Shown piece by piece: positions 1 through 13,815 of a DNA stretch of 64,000 nucleotides. Location: contig NC_085843.1 of NCBI RefSeq assembly GCF_035594765.1, forward strand, positions 243,947,971 to 244,011,970, in the 5' to 3' direction. Position 1 is the stretch's first letter. The number at the start of each line of letters is the position of its first letter. The translations under genes and the position numbers were made by a program. The stretch is from Anolis carolinensis. Taxonomy: Eukaryota. A model generated the notes under the pieces. That model searched no databases. It saw nothing but the letters and a program-made list of their open reading frames with translations, and had not been told where the DNA came from.

Positions 1-2097
1 AGGACAAAATACCTCCTCTTCAGCAATCCCTGTTCAGAGGCTCATTCAATGGGTGGATGAACCTTCTACTGACAACAAAGTACTACCCTCCATCACGATC
101 TCAGTCAGAAGACTGGTTTAAGGAAACCAAGACAATTTTGTGACATGCACAACTCTGATTTTCCTTATAATTTATGAGTAAGAGCTTCAAGGTGGCCACT
201 GGTGCCTCCAGTGTCTTCTACCCCATGCCAGTTCATAGTGGAGCCAGCCCTAAGCAAACATCATTGTTTTAAAATGTCTGATTTGGGAAGGAAAAAAGAA
301 AACTAGCTTTGCCTATTCTAGGTTTGGGGTTCACAAGAACCCCAAAGAGGAACTTGTCTAAAATAATGAACTGAGGAAGATCACGAGAAGGACCTATCAG
401 AAACTTAACTAGCAGGGATGCCAACAGTGTCCGCCCCCCTAGTGTCTCATGAAAGCAGGTTTAACTTCATTCCAAGAGAAGGGGAGATAGGCAGCCTTCT
501 GGTTTTGGCATTAAGGTGAAGCAACTGATGTTCTGATTTTGCCTGTTTCTGGACTGCCACTTCTTAGCACTAGGGAGTCTTGGATTCTTTGACATGAGCC
601 ATAACAAAGTCCAAGAATCCATAAACCAGAGGACAATGCTTTTTTTAAAAAAAGAAAGTACTTTCATATATATTCAAAAATCAAATAAAAAATTACAAAC
701 AGGTGGAACAGGTTTCACATCCCTCTCCCTCTGTAGATGCTAAATTTGTGGATGTTCAAGTCCCATTATATATAATGGCATAGTAAAATTGTGTCCTTTA
801 TATAAATGGCAAAAATCAAGTTTTGCTTTTTGGATTTCTTTGAATATTTCTCCAGAAGTGGATGATGGAATCTGTGGGTGAAGAATATGTGAATATGGTC
901 AACTGTATACTTCCAGGCCAATTTACCCCATTAGATGCCACTACAAGATATCTTATATAACTGGGAAATACTGTTTTTCTTGCTATTAGAATAGGCTATG
1001 AATTGATACCACACATCATAGAAACCATCTTTTGTTTATGATTTGTCCAAGAACATCACAAAACATCATTTCTCAGTCAAAGTCCTTTGAGATGATTTGC
1101 TTCAGATAATTTTGTGTAGATTAAATTTTCCTTTTCCATCAGTGATCTATTGTTATTTTGGAGCTCAGAGTGCTTTCATTGTCTTTCAGATTTACAGGAT
1201 TTTAAATCTATGTTTTGGACTTCCAATTTTGCAAAAGACTGCAAAGATAATGGTGTTTTTACTAATTGATTAAATAAATAGAATGAAACAATGCATTATT
1301 GTTTGGCACAGCATGTCTATAAAAGACTCCATCGCTTGACGCAAAAGCATGGAGTTGTTAGCATTGGCTTGCTTGCTTGCTTGCATTTGGATGTATAGGC
1401 AAAACATGTTCAAGGCAGCTCCTTCATTAAATTCCTCCTTCATGCTAAAAAGGGTGTTAAAATTTTAACAGCCAGTTTTGGAAACCGCAACAAAAGTGTG
1501 GATTTGGAAAAGAAATAACTTCTAATGTACAAGATTGTAACAGCCAACAATCATTTAAAGGAAGCAACAGCTTCTGGAAAAAGAGACACAGAGAAGGGTT
1601 GTGAAGTGGGTGGGGAAGGAGCAGGACAGAATTTCAGATAAGTAAATGCATAAAGAAAGAACTTAGAAAAAGAAAGCCAGTGATAGAGAGACAGAAAATC
1701 CATCTGGCCACAAAGAGCACTGTTCCTCAGTCACTGGGGGAAATGCTGTCTCCCAAAGAGCTGATCCAGACATTAGAATGTGATGGGGTGATAACCAGGG
1801 GGCATTGCACGTGGCACAAGGTAAGAATACAGGAAAAGAACCACACATGGTTTGCAGTTTTTATAGAAATAATGCAACTCTATAGTGCATGACAGAAGAA
1901 TCAAGTGAACCACAAAGTATAAGGAAGGGAGAGAAAACAGCAGTACAAGCAAAATAGAACATTTGAAATAGAATAAAATAGGACTTATAGTTGCAAGATC
2001 CCTGTCACAGGACCACACTTTCACTATTTGCTTATTGGAAGAAAGTTTTGCTGAAATCAGAGAAACCTACTTTGAGCTAGATATATTTAAGAAGGCG

Positions 2098-2305
2098 TAA
2101 AGGCACCCAATCTCATCTGATCTGGGAAGATAAGCAGGATCAGAACAAGGAACGGCAGGTGCTGCAGCTTCATTTCAGAGGAAGGGGTTAGCAAAACCAT
2201 CTCTAAGTATTTCTTGATTGAGAAAACTTTGTAAACTTCATGGGGCTCTCATAAGTTAACAGGCAATTTGAAAGCACAGGCATACAAGTTGACAGGTTAT
2301 TGGAG
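2098..2305 (+). mobile_element. 5S rRNA-derived SINE (5S-Sauria-like), degraded
   Basis: Head 'cccaatctcatctgatctgggaagataagcaggatcag' resembles 5S rRNA; body and tail are homologous to the copy at 40300-40505. Confidence 0.7.
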
Positions 2306-2615
2306 GTTTTCCTCAGAGGCTGGCAGACACTCTTCTTTTGGAGGTCTTTAAACAGATTGGAGCAATATCTTTCAGGGGCACATTAATTGTGTATTTTTTG
2401 GGATTTGACTAGATGGCCCTTGTGATCCCTTCCAACAGAGATTCTGTAATTCCACATCCAAGCATATGGCGATGTATAATTTTAAGAAATGGGAAGTACT
2501 ATAGTATTTGCCATAATGCTGCCTTTTTGCTCTTTGCAGCATGTCATATGAGCCACATCTACAGCAATTGGTGTATATACTCTTTGGTTCTTTTAATCCA
2601 TTCCAGTTGGCCCTC

Positions 2616-2868
2616 TGGAGCCCCCAGATGGCGTAGTGGACTAAGTGACTTGAAGGTTGGGTTGCTGACCTGAAAGCTGCCAGGTTTGAATCCCACCCGG
2701 GGAGAGCGCGGATGAGCTCCCTCTATCAGCTCCAGCTCTATGCGGGGACATGAGAGAAGCCACCCACAAGGATGGTAAAAAACATCAAAACATCCGGGCA
2801 TCCCCTGGGCAACGTCCTTGCAGACGGCCCATTCTCTCACTACAGAAGCAACTCAAGTTGCTCCTGAC
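2616..2868 (+). mobile_element. tRNA-derived SINE (Anolis SINE2-like, Vingi-type tail)
   Basis: A/B-box-like head (tggcgtagtgg...ggtttgaatccc); body homologous to copies at 13972, 53314 and 60507; tail gttgctcctgacac. Confidence 0.85.
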
Positions 2869-2882
2869 ACACACACACACAA

Positions 2883-3090
2883 AAGTTGGCCCTCTGTATC
2901 CATGGATTTTGCATATACAATTTACGACTTGAAAATATTGAGAAAAATATTCCAAAAAGCATGCTTTGATTTGGCCATTTTATATAAGAAACACTATTGT
3001 ACTACATAATTGTATAAAATAGGACTTGAATTTTGGAATCCATGGGGTGGTCCTGGAACCAACCCTGCCAGATAGCAAGGGCCCACTGTA
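2883..3090. mobile_element. old Tc1/mariner (Tigger-like) MITE
   Basis: Ends agttggccctctgtatc...gatagcaagggcccactgta; related degraded copies at about 720-908, 6570-6740, 11140-11320 and 25310-25440. Confidence 0.55.
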
Positions 3091-4134
3091 TTTATTTAGA
3101 GGTCCTTGGTTGCATTTAGGTTTACATAGCATTTGTCAGAGTTCCCATTTAATCATCTCCATGCAGTACATCCAAGAAGCAATATAAAGGAAACGTACAT
3201 TTATGCTCTTCATCATCAAATATTCTTGGCATTACCAGCAGTATAATCTAAGTAAGCAACTTTCAAAACAGAAGTGTTCTGCCCAATTGTTATGAACTCC
3301 CCCAGCTTTCTCTGCAGCTCTTACACTGATCAAAAGATGCAGCAAATCAAAGTCTCTTTTTCAAGAGAGTCCCCATCACAGCTCACTAACACATTTAGCC
3401 AAAACACCATTTGTCTAAATGAAGGGTGATGGTGACTCTTGCCAGTGCTTGTACATTCTACATTGATTAGTTGAAAGGATATTAGTGTTTTAATCATCAG
3501 AATTATTACTCTAACAAAAAGGAAACTCTCAAAGCCAACTCAATACAAAGAAGAGTAAAAAGCTGTCACCCGTAACAAGCATCCTGTATGCCGCATGTAT
3601 TGAGCCATAGACAGTCCTTCATTGCAGAAACCCCATACATCATTAGCAGAGACAGAATTTAGTAATAACTATTTATTAACACAATGACCTGTATTTCTCT
3701 CTGTGTGTCTTTGTAATAAATAGGATACTAATAAAAACGATCTGACCCTGAAGACATTGTTGTTCTACAGCTCCCAACTGTAAACCTAACTTTTCACTAT
3801 ATTACTTCACTTTCTTCATTAGTCATTTCAATCTTTGCTGCTTTCTGATAGTAATGTGGTAATCTGTATATCTTATATCTTCTGATTTTCACACCTCACT
3901 TCTCAGAGACTAATCCATCTTTGCATATGGTATATTAAGTGTACAAGTTAAATAGATACATTAAACAATTAAATCAATCTATTACAGCAGATTGCAGTTC
4001 ATCTTTTCTTTCCATTTTTGATAATTAGCATTCATGATTTATGCCACAATCTGTGCCTGGTTTTGTTTTTGTTCCATCTTCTACTTCAAGTTATATAGTC
4101 AATAAAATTGCCATCAGGTGATGTCCATGTAGAT

Positions 4135-4269
4135 CAGTGGTTCTCAACCTGTGAGTCCCCAGGTGTTTTGGCCTACAAGTCCCAGAAATCCCAGCCAGGT
4201 TAGCAGCTGTTAGTATTTCTGGGAGTTGAAGGCCAAAACATCTGGGGACCCACAGGTTGAGAACCACTG
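4135..4269. mobile_element. 135-bp palindromic hAT MITE (SPIN/Charlie-like TIR CAGTGGTTCTCAACCT)
   Basis: Long TIRs; 8-bp TSD ATGTAGAT on both sides. Confidence 0.92.
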
Positions 4270-5079
4270 ATGTAGATAGTCACCTCTGGTTGAATGAACA
4301 AACTAGCAGTTTCACAAAATTAAATTAATTGCTCTCCAGTTTCTTTCTTGATTTCCTACACTCTTTTGGTTCTGCTGTTGCCTACGTTTGTGTTCCAATT
4401 GCTTATGATTACCAATATGTTCTATTGATAATGTGTGACCTATTTCATTTTTTCCTTTTCTGCTTTAGTAGCTGAATCATACATTTGGATTGTGGTTATA
4501 TTTATTGGTTTATCCTGAAGTCTTATAGATTATTTGTTAAAACTTTGCATGTTATCCCTTGACTGTTTTTGCTTAATCTCGCCTCATTATTAACACTACT
4601 GCATTTCTTTTTAGATTTTCATTTTCTGAGTAAAACACTCTAACTATCTGGCTAAAAATGTCTAATTCCTGCTACTTTAGTTCTGTCACCCCAAGTAATT
4701 TAACATTTATTTTCCATTTCTTTTTTTCACTATGTCTAGACTTGAATGGTTCATGCTTCTCACATTCCATGTCTCTAAAATATGTGTTGTCCAGGTTCTG
4801 AGTTTTGTTTCGCTTCTGCCTATATCGACATCCGAATGCCCTTTTGGTTGGGCAGGAAGTGTAGGCAAGGCAGATGGTGTCAAATTGCCTTCATAGGTCC
4901 ATGGCTCAAGGGCCTGTTTGCATGGGCTTAAAAATTTCCCTAACTTATGGGAACATAAGTGAACATATCTCCAGGGCTTCTTGGCAATATTTCTTCAGAG
5001 GAGGTTTACTATTGTCTTCTTCTGAGGTTGAAAGAGTGTGACTTGGCCAAGATCAACTAGGACAGTGGTTCTCAATTTG

Positions 5080-5233
5080 TTGTATAACATGATGTTTTGG
5101 TGCTTAATTTGTAAAATCATAATGTAATTTGACGTTTAATAGGCCTTTCCTTAATCCCTCCTTATTATCCAACATTTTTGCTTATCCAACATTCTGCTGG
5201 CCTGTTTATGTTGGGTAAGTTAGACTCTACTGT
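5080..5233. mobile_element. partial Tc1/mariner MITE (family of 44594 and 45372)
   Basis: Matches the distal half of 45372-45691 and ends with ...gactctactgta. Confidence 0.75.
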
Positions 5234-8200
5234 ATTTGTGATATTTTTCTTTTTTTCTGGTGTTAGAGTACACTTTTCAGGGAGTAATCTTTAGTGAAAG
5301 CAGTTGAATTCACTTTCATGTAGCTTTGTACCATAAATATCCAATGGGATGAATCATAATCTAAGCACCTTTTGACAAAGCAAATACTAAAGAGCGGGCC
5401 TGCAATCCTGTTTGCAGTTTAGCTGTTTAAATCCCATTAAAGTCAATGGGATTTAAGCAGCATAGATGGTTTCCTCATGGCTTATGATGTTTCAACACTT
5501 TCAGCCTACAGCAATGTAAGTAATGCAGTTATCCTAGGTTCTCATCAAATGTTTACTGTTACATATGATGAAATGTGCTTCCATCAAGGGCTTTGATTAC
5601 AGTTTAGTAGATGTTCTGAGAGACTTTGATTCACCCTAATGGACTTTCACACTTATTAAACTTTGTCGACACTGGCTAAATTACCTGTTATTGATGCGAA
5701 ATGTCAGCAACTGATGCCAATAAACTAGAAGTGAACACAAGAAACCTGAGACAATTACATACCTTTTAAAGTAACATTGAGAGGAGGAGGAGATCAAAGA
5801 TGAAGAAATGGGACTAGAACAACTTCTAGTCCTTGTATTGTTGCTTCATGGTAGATAACTTCCCTTTGGCAATTACATAGCAGAAACATAGACAAGATTG
5901 TCAATTTTACATGTCAGTTATTTGTATACCATAGTGTAAACTATACTAATGTATCTAATTATGTTAATGCAAAGCACCAGAGGCTGTGCCACAATAAAAT
6001 CGGTTTCCTAAAAGCATTAAATGACAGATGTAAAAATTTTCCATTGGTGGCCAGCAGTCACAAAATTGCCATTGTTTTCAGTGTCCTACCATTAAATGAT
6101 GCACATTGCATATTCCATATTCCATGAAGCACAGGGATATATTGCTGTTGTCTTACTTCAGCTGTAAAAATAAGGATGTTGATGTGCACCAGTCAAGCTG
6201 AAATACATAGCTCAAAGAAGCTATATGTTTTCATTGTGGAGCTGTGTTAAGTTGTGCAGGCTGAATTACTACAACCAGGGCTCCAAGGAAAGGGGTGTGT
6301 GGGGAGAACGGGACTTGACTGTCGCCTGGAGATCCCAGGAGAAGGCTAGCCAAGGTGGTAACCCCATTACTATCAGCAAGGAGTGAGATTAAGCTAGATT
6401 GCATATCTTGCTTGAGAATATTTGGTAAAACTGGTTTCCTTTTTACATTCCTTTATATGTAAATTCCAGATATGTGATATTTCCCAGAGCTAACTAGAAG
6501 GACTGGAGCAGAACAGTCTATGCTCTGCACAATGTGTTGCTGGCTGAAGCTCCATTCCAAAACAGATACAGTGTGCTTGTTCAGCCATCCCTATGTATCC
6601 ACAGATTCAGCCATCCACAACTTGATTTTTTTTTAATTGTAAAAGTGAAGCTTGATTTTGCCATTTTATAAAATGGACACTATTTTGCCATGTCATTTTA
6701 TGGGACTTGAGAATCCAAATCCCAGTGGATTCCAATACAGTTAAATAAAAAATCATGCTTTGAAAGACAGAGGGAGTTGTGCTTTTCTAAATCCCATCTC
6801 CTCTCAAGAATGAACAGCCCCCAGGTTCCCTGCACACACATTCTCAGGTAAGGGACAGCCAGTGTAATAACAATCAAGGACATTGATCCAAGGAATAGTT
6901 GGAATAAGTTAACTCATTGTCAAAGTATAGGAACTGTTGGTATCACTCGGATGGCTCCTAGGTTCCCTTGACTTTAGGATGCTATAGTTTTATTTTATAA
7001 TTCAGGTTTTAATGTTTATCAGCACTGTCGAATATTTGGCTTTAATATGTATTGTTTTAATGTTTGTATTGTTGTATTTTATAATGCTGTTAGCAGTCTT
7101 GGGCTCTTAAGTGGGGAAAGGCAGGGTAAAATTTTGCCAAAATAAATAAATAAATAGTCCTGACTCTTTAGTCAGTGAGATATTGAATCAGTTGGATTTA
7201 TCTATGAGTCACCATTCAATCAGTCATTCAATGTGTCTACTCTAGTTGGGAGCAACTAACATGATTCCAGCCAACATATGTAAGCAAATATCTGTTTTAT
7301 ACATGCACATACCATACTACCATGCCTGACTGTAATTTTATGAAAGAGTTCCATCATTCCCAACAGAGAAATAATGGCTAATACCACAGAATATTCACAA
7401 TTACTAGGGAAAGTTGGTGGTTTTCATGTCAGGAAAGCAGTGACTTTGATTCACATTTTAGTCCACTTCATAGCACTTTGGACAGCTCCATTGAGATTAG
7501 AACCAAGAAAAGATTTACCAGTCTACTCACATGAAGAACCATGAGCTACCACTACCATTAAGAAAAGACTTCTTGTGTGTTAGAAAATTCTCTCTGTCTT
7601 TCTCCATGTTAGATTTGGGGGGGTTGAGATGGTGGAACAGGCTAGTAGGGAAGTGGTTTCAAAGACTGATCAGGAATGCTTAAAAGCTCTATTGTTTAGC
7701 AAGTGGGTGGGAGGTTGGTGGTACCTAACTCTCTTAATGAGCCTGAATTCACACTTCATTAAGGTAAACAAATAGATCTTCTTGCCAAAGCAATTGCTCA
7801 GGTCAGTCTGCTATCCTATATCTTTTCTTTTTCAATTTCTGTTTTGAAGAATGTGTAAAAGACTCCATAGTAGGAGTATGTATGTTTTAGGAAGATGACT
7901 TTTGCAAGAGATAAATAGATATAAACCCTCCGATTAAAACATGTTTTGCCACTTGCTCTTCACTCCCCCAAGAACAAACATTATGACAACATGGACAAAC
8001 AGGGAACTGTGGAAAAAGAGTAGGTTGAATTTACTGGCACATCTCAAATTGTTACCTTCAGTTTTACAAGATAGCTTTCAAGTATGGCATTAATGTTAAA
8101 TTGCTTGTAATTTTCGCCCGAGGCTACAGTTTCTCCCTTGTGGCTAAAGCGAGTTTAGAGCATGACGGTCTCTGTTTAAGTGGATGCACAGCAAAAAAAT

Positions 8201-9054
8201 AAAATAAAATAAAAACCCACCAGCATAGAAATCTGATTGTGGATAAAATAAGAGAGAGAACTTTCAAAATTCTTGTCTCTGTTTTACAAAGGCTTGCCAG
8301 TCAGGTGCAATGACTCACTAAGACTGACATTTGGACGAGAGACTGCTGTCTTTTATAGTAACATTGATATTCCCCCATTGATGTCTCAACACGGGGCAAT
8401 TTAGAAAAGAATCATGTAGTGCGAGGTTGAAAGGTCACAGGGCAGCCACAGAACGCATGAGATCACGAGACCATGAAAGAGATACACGCTCTGGGAAGGG
8501 AAGGGAAAAAACTTCAGAAAAAGGGCCGGCTTTCTGAAAGGTGAAGTATTTAATTTGAACTCTTCCCCTGCTGTATTGCTGTGTCGAAATGAAAATGGCT
8601 CAGGAGCTTCACAAAGTTGTAGCACAAAGTAAGGGGTGCAAATAGGTGAAAATCCAGAGTTTACTTTTATAGGTCATTGCTGGTCTGTTTCAATATAAAC
8701 ATCATAAACACAGAATGTGTTTTTCTCTTTAGCTTCAGATCTTGATGCTTTCAGGCCATCACTCTTTTCTAAGTGTATTTCCTTTGGTAACTAGGATTCC
8801 TGAGCTGCCTATTGACTGTGAAATTAAATTATGAAACATTAGATTTGTAGCTGCTTAGGTCTGCCTCATCTTCTGTTCTTTCCTACTCTCAATTTTACTT
8901 TCTTTTTAAAATAAGAAAAAAAGTTTCCTGCATTAAATTAATGCATACCCTCCAACATTTCTCAGATGAAAACTGGGACACGTATGGTTATTCAACATCA
9001 AAGTGTTGTCAAGATGGCAAAAGGCTGTAATGAGGAACTGCAGACAAGTGAGGA

Positions 9055-9386
9055 AAGACCTCATCACAAAGGCTACCGGTATCGCCATGGATTGTGGTGA
9101 TTCTAGTGGTGTCCATCTGGGGGTATGAGGAACCCGTTGCCCCATGACCCACATTATCTGACTCACCGGAGTCCCCACCCCACAGGGGAAAGCGTCTGCC
9201 TCCCGACTTCCCCCCATTGATCCCATGTTGCTGCCACAGTAGCATGTGCCACTCTACCTTCTCTTTTACAACGGAGTCCTGCTGGAAGTTGCAGTGCGTT
9301 ATGCAATGGGAGCCAGTAGGCTCCGTCATAAAAGGATAGACAAGCCAGTGCATGCCGCCGAATTTGCTCTGATGTGATGAGGTTCT
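9055..9386. mobile_element. Harbinger-like MITE (TIR ACCTCATCACA)
   Basis: Ends agacctcatcaca...tgtgatgaggttct; same termini as 31549-31910. Confidence 0.6.
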
Positions 9387-9524
9387 AAAGCAATTTGCTT
9401 TTGCCTGACCCTACTGGGAATGTTAAGATCCTATCCCCTCCTGAGTTCATTAAGTGTTGACTACTTTGCAGTTTGAACTCAATTTGCAGCAATGGAAATA
9501 AGCTGCAAAGGAAAAGTGTGGAAG

Positions 9525-9679
9525 CGTTGTGTTTTTTAACTTATTGTGTATATATATATATATTTTATTGGTTTTGTTTTGTTCTGATGTTTTATATTTT
9601 ATCATTGTTTGTATTTTGATTTTGCTGTAAGCCGCCCCGAGTCCCCTTCGGGGGAGATGGAGGCGGGATACAAATAAAC

Positions 9680-9730
<51 letters not shown>
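9525..9730 (+). mobile_element. L2-type LINE 3' end with (ATT)n tail
   Basis: T-rich 3'UTR, then gtaagccgccccgagtccccttcggggagatggaggcgggatacaaataaa and (ATT)n; similar ends at about 7085-7155, 41070-41117, 59565-59620 (+) and 26050-26280, 43900-43985, 54090-54140 (-). Confidence 0.7.
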
Positions 9731-9731
<1 letters not shown>

Positions 9732-9873
9732 AATGGGGAGAGAAACCAGATCATTAAAAAAATTCTGAAAAGTGGGACAATAGATGACTAATTGAGACTG
9801 TGCTGCCAAATTGGGATGGTTGGACAATATGAATTTATTAACTGAAGATTTTGATGTATTAGTAGTAGCACTA

Positions 9874-10200
9874 AGGAACCCCGGTGGCGAAGTGTGTTAA
9901 AGCGCTGAGCTGCTGAACTTGCAGACCAAAAGGTCCTAGGTTCAAACCCCGGGAGCGGCGTGAGTGGCCGCTGTTAGCTCCAGCTTCTGCCAACCTAGCA
10001 GTTTGAAAACATGCCAATGTGAATAGATCAATAAGTACTGCTCTGGCGGGAAGGTAACGGCGCTCCATGCAGTCATGCCAGCCACATGACCTTGGAGGTG
10101 TCTACGGACAACGCCAGCTCTTCAGCTTAGAAATGGAGATGAGCAACAACCCCCAGAGTCAGACATGACTGGACTTAACGTCAGGGGAAACCTTTACCTT
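9874..10200 (+). mobile_element. Sauria SINE, full length
   Basis: tRNA-like head; ACCTTT tail; 14-bp TSD TAGTAGTAGCACTA (9860-9873 and 10201-10214). Confidence 0.93.
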
Positions 10201-10324
10201 TAGTAGTAGCACTAGTAATATAAGTAGTAGTATTTGTGTTTTAACCGCACTATCTTCCAAAAGTTTCAGAGCAGAATGGACAAAACTGTCAAATTTAGAC
10301 ATTTGGAGGGTATGTAAACATGAC

Positions 10325-10460
10325 NNNNNNNNNNNNNNNNNNNNNNNNNNNNNNNNNNNNNNNNNNNNNNNNNNNNNNNNNNNNNNNNNNNNNNNNNNNN
10401 NNNNNNNNNNNNNNNNNNNNNNNNNNNNNNNNNNNNNNNNNNNNNNNNNNNNNNNNNNNN
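10325..10460. other. assembly gap (136 N)
   Basis: Run of N. Confidence 0.99.
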
Positions 10461-10559
10461 ACATATATTCTCTCCCCTCAACCTCCCCCCCCCCCCAAAT
10501 ACACATGTCACACAAATGAATAAATATCTTCTATCCCCACCTCACACTTATCTGTTTAT

Positions 10560-11500
10560 ACCTTTAGGGAAGAGGGAATTCCCTGACAGCTGACTTTGAA
10601 GAAAATAAGAAGAAAATGAAAGCCTCCCTAGAGAGGGAGTTTCAAAGTTCTGTGAACAAAGTCTGGGAAGGTCCTCACCTGCATTCCAAAGAAGTAAATC
10701 TGAGAAGGTAGTAGGACTGAGAAAAGAGCTTCTCTTGAAGATCTTAGAGCCTGAGGGATATACAGTCCTTCAAATAGTCTGGAACTAAGCCACATAGGGA
10801 TTTGTAGATCATAACCAGCAGTTTCATTGTGTCTGAAAATGGACTAGCAGCCCGTGGAGCTGTTGCAACAAGGGGATTGTATGCTGTTTGTAGTCAATCT
10901 CAATTAATAACCTGGTTTCTAAGGCCATTCGAAGTTTTTGAGCCCTATTCAAAGTCAGATCCACATAGAGCACATTACTGTAATCAAAATGAATGTAACT
11001 AAATCATGGACCACTGAGGCCAAAGCAAATTATTTCCTGAAATGGGTGCAGCTGGTGCTTTAATTGCCAAATATACTCCTGGCCATCACAGAAATCTGGG
11101 TCTCCAGGCTCGGGTCTGAGTCCAGGGCACAATAAGTTCTCAGTTTGCATAGTTTCTGTACAGATTCAAACATCCATTACTTAAAAATACTAAAAACATT
11201 TTCCAAAAACCAAACCTTGATTTTGCTATTTGTACTATCTCATTGTATATAATGGGACACATATCCACAGATTCTGGTAGCCACACTGGAACCAAACTGC
11301 ATTGGATAGTAAGAAGCCACTTGCATCTTTAGTGAAGTATAAACTCATCCAACATAGGTTGAATCCCAGTTCTCCGATCTGCCTTCAGCTGTCCAGAAGC
11401 ATCTCTGTCTTACCTGGATTACTGATAAGTTTCAATTTCTTTGCCCTCATACCAGTCACTATGGTTGTCAGGCACCAGTTTAGCATGGAAGCAGCTTTCT
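10560..11500 (-). mobile_element. degraded L2 LINE ORF2 fragment
   Basis: Minus-strand 'MRAKKLKLISNPGKTEMLL' resembles the L2/CR1 post-RT motif LKLNPxKTE; interrupted by an old MITE at about 11140-11320. Confidence 0.55.
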
Positions 11501-12657
11501 TAGAATGAGAGGAAAAGGAGAAATAGAACATACTGGTGACATCTGATCCCCAAACTCCTGGTAATATGATCAAATGCTACCATTTATACAAATTGTTTGA
11601 TTTTAGTCAAGTGGGGACTGTATCTGCAGTTGATTCTTAATAGTGTGACTCATATCGAGCAGCTGAAAAATCTGAACGATATGCATTCTGCATACTGGTG
11701 ATAGTGCTAATTATAATTTATGTTAAAACAGCATGTTGGAGTCTCTCTTTATGTACTCAAAGGGTTGCTCCCCCTTCCTCCTATCGTCTATGTCTTGAAA
11801 CTGTCAAATTTCCTTCCAAAATGAAAAACGAGTTTCCAAATCCCTGAGCCCAAGCTGCATTTCTAAAGCAGCATGATGGAATTTCTCCAAAATCTTTCTT
11901 TACCCATTTTTTGTAAAATGAACTGTCCAAAGCCATTCATTTGAAGAAGAGGAAGGGGTGGGGACATTCAAGGAATGTTGCAATGAACATTCTCTTTTCC
12001 TCCTGAGATGTACTGCAGAAACCATGAAAACTAATACTATGTTTCTCGATTTGTATCTTGTAGTGAAAATTCATCACCCCATTGATTCACATGATCCCAA
12101 CAGCATTTTCCAGCATTCTCCTTCAATGTTGATCTTTTAAAACTATTGTTCCAAGTGAAGGAATAGAAGCCCTGAACCAGGGAGAACCTGCACAGAATTG
12201 CTTCTTCCTAAAGTCTTCTGGGTTACAAGAAATCAAGTACATTTATACATTTTTCAAAATTGTCTACTCTAGACCATGAAAGTGAATGCCAGAATAAATG
12301 AGTTGATCTTCCATATACCACACAAAGGCCTAATAGATCAACATGGCTAACCCACTGGAAAATTATTTTATTTGCTCATATCATCCTGCTTTGCTTTTCG
12401 TTTTAATTAAACTTTAAAAAATGAACGTTGTCACTAAAGTCCTAACCCTGTTATCTCATCACTGAAATAATAAAACTGAAGTAAAGTTATGTTACCAAGA
12501 ACCAAGATCTAGTCAACATTTTAATCTTCCAGGCAGGAATTGCCAAGATTGTACATGACCCATTGTTGGGATAGGGAGGTGAATTTTGGTATACATGTGT
12601 GTATTGAGAAAGGTGGGCAATACCTCACTTCTCATTGTATTTATTCCTATTGAGAAA

Positions 12658-13360
12658 AAGGGTCCTCAAAAGCTGAGGGCCAGTTCTTGGTCCCATATAC
12701 TATGTGGGGATAGACTATAGTTTGAAAAAAAATGAACAAATTCCTATGCACACTGCACATATCTTATTTGTAGTGTAAAAAACCATGAAAGAAAGATAAG
12801 GTAAAGGTAAAGGTTTTCCCCTGATACTAAGCCAAGTCATGTCCAACTCTGCGGGTTGGTGCTCATCTCCATTTCTAAGCTGAAGGGCCAGTGTTGTCCG
12901 TAGACACCTTCAGGGTCATGTGGCCGGCATGACTGCATGGCACACCGTTACCTTCCAGCCAGACCAGTACCTATTGATCTACTTACATTTGCATGTTTTT
13001 GAACTGCTAGGTTGTCAGAAGCTGGGGCTAACAGTGGGAGCTCACCCCACTCCCCAAATTTGAACTGTTGACCTTTCAGTTGGCAAGTTAAGCAGCTCAG
13101 CGGTTTAACCTGCTGCGCCATCAGGAACAATACAAAATTTAAAACAAAGAACAATTTTAACCAACACAAACTTACCACATTGAGAAGTGTGGGCCTGCTT
13201 TTGGGTGATGAGATAGTCAAGTTAATTAGGATTGTTGTTATGTGCCTTTGTTTCAGACTTAGGGTGAATCTAAGTCTAAAGTTTAAGGCGGTGGCTGAGT
13301 AAATGATCTTGGAAGGCCACATTTGGCCCATAGGTTTTAATTTTAGTTTGGAGACCCCTG
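12658..13360. mobile_element. non-autonomous hAT (family of 43531 and 44457), interrupted by a Sauria SINE
   Basis: Shares atgaacaaattcctatgcacactgcacatatcttatt; right TIR ...gtttggagacccctg. Confidence 0.75.
12798..13125 (-). mobile_element. Sauria SINE
   Basis: Reverse complement of 9874-10200, with (GGTAAA)n tail. Confidence 0.9.
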
Positions 13361-13480
13361 GTTTAGAATAAAAGGCTCAGTTATGTATTTTGTTATCTGC
13401 AGCAAAAGTTCCTAAGCTCACTTTAGTCTTAGAATCATAGAACTGTAGAGTTGGAGTCCAAACTCCTGTTAATAAGAATA

Positions 13481-13805
13481 CAATGTTCCCTCACTTATCG
13501 CGGGGGTTACGTTCCAGGACCACCTGCGAAAAGCGAAAATCCATGAAGTAGGGATGTTATATTTATTTTAATATTTATAGATTATTTTAGTAGTTATACA
13601 CTATTTTAAGTCTTTTTCAAATCGCCTCTTTCTTCTCCCATTGCCGTTTGGGCTCCTTTTCTCTCCCTTTGGCTTCTCCTTTCTCCCTTTCTTAGCCTGT
13701 AAATTGTAATTTTTTATGATTTATAATATTCTTTTAGAGTTTATTGAAAAACCACGAAACAGCGAATCTGTGGAAAGCGAACTGCGAAGTAGTGAGGGAA
13801 CACTG
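13481..13805. mobile_element. Tc1/mariner (Tigger-like) MITE
   Basis: TIR ca(a/g)tgttccctcactt...agtgagggaacactg; TA flanks; inverted sister copy at 55393-55725. Confidence 0.85.
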
Positions 13806-13815
13806 TAGACAACTA

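Larger units (their letters stand above)
8944..10314. mobile_element. old TIR DNA transposon (hAT-like) containing nested insertions
   Basis: Perfect 12-bp TIR CATACCCTCCAA...TTGGAGGGTATG; TSD not recognisable; related element at about 36950-37425. Confidence 0.55.

Noticed and set aside
8933-9353. GC-richer ORFs with a minus-strand GTGAGT donor, suggesting an exon
   Set aside because: They fall within a TIR-bounded MITE (9055-9386) and the peptides are unrecognisable
10159-10523. ORFs containing X runs
   Set aside because: Artefact of the N gap
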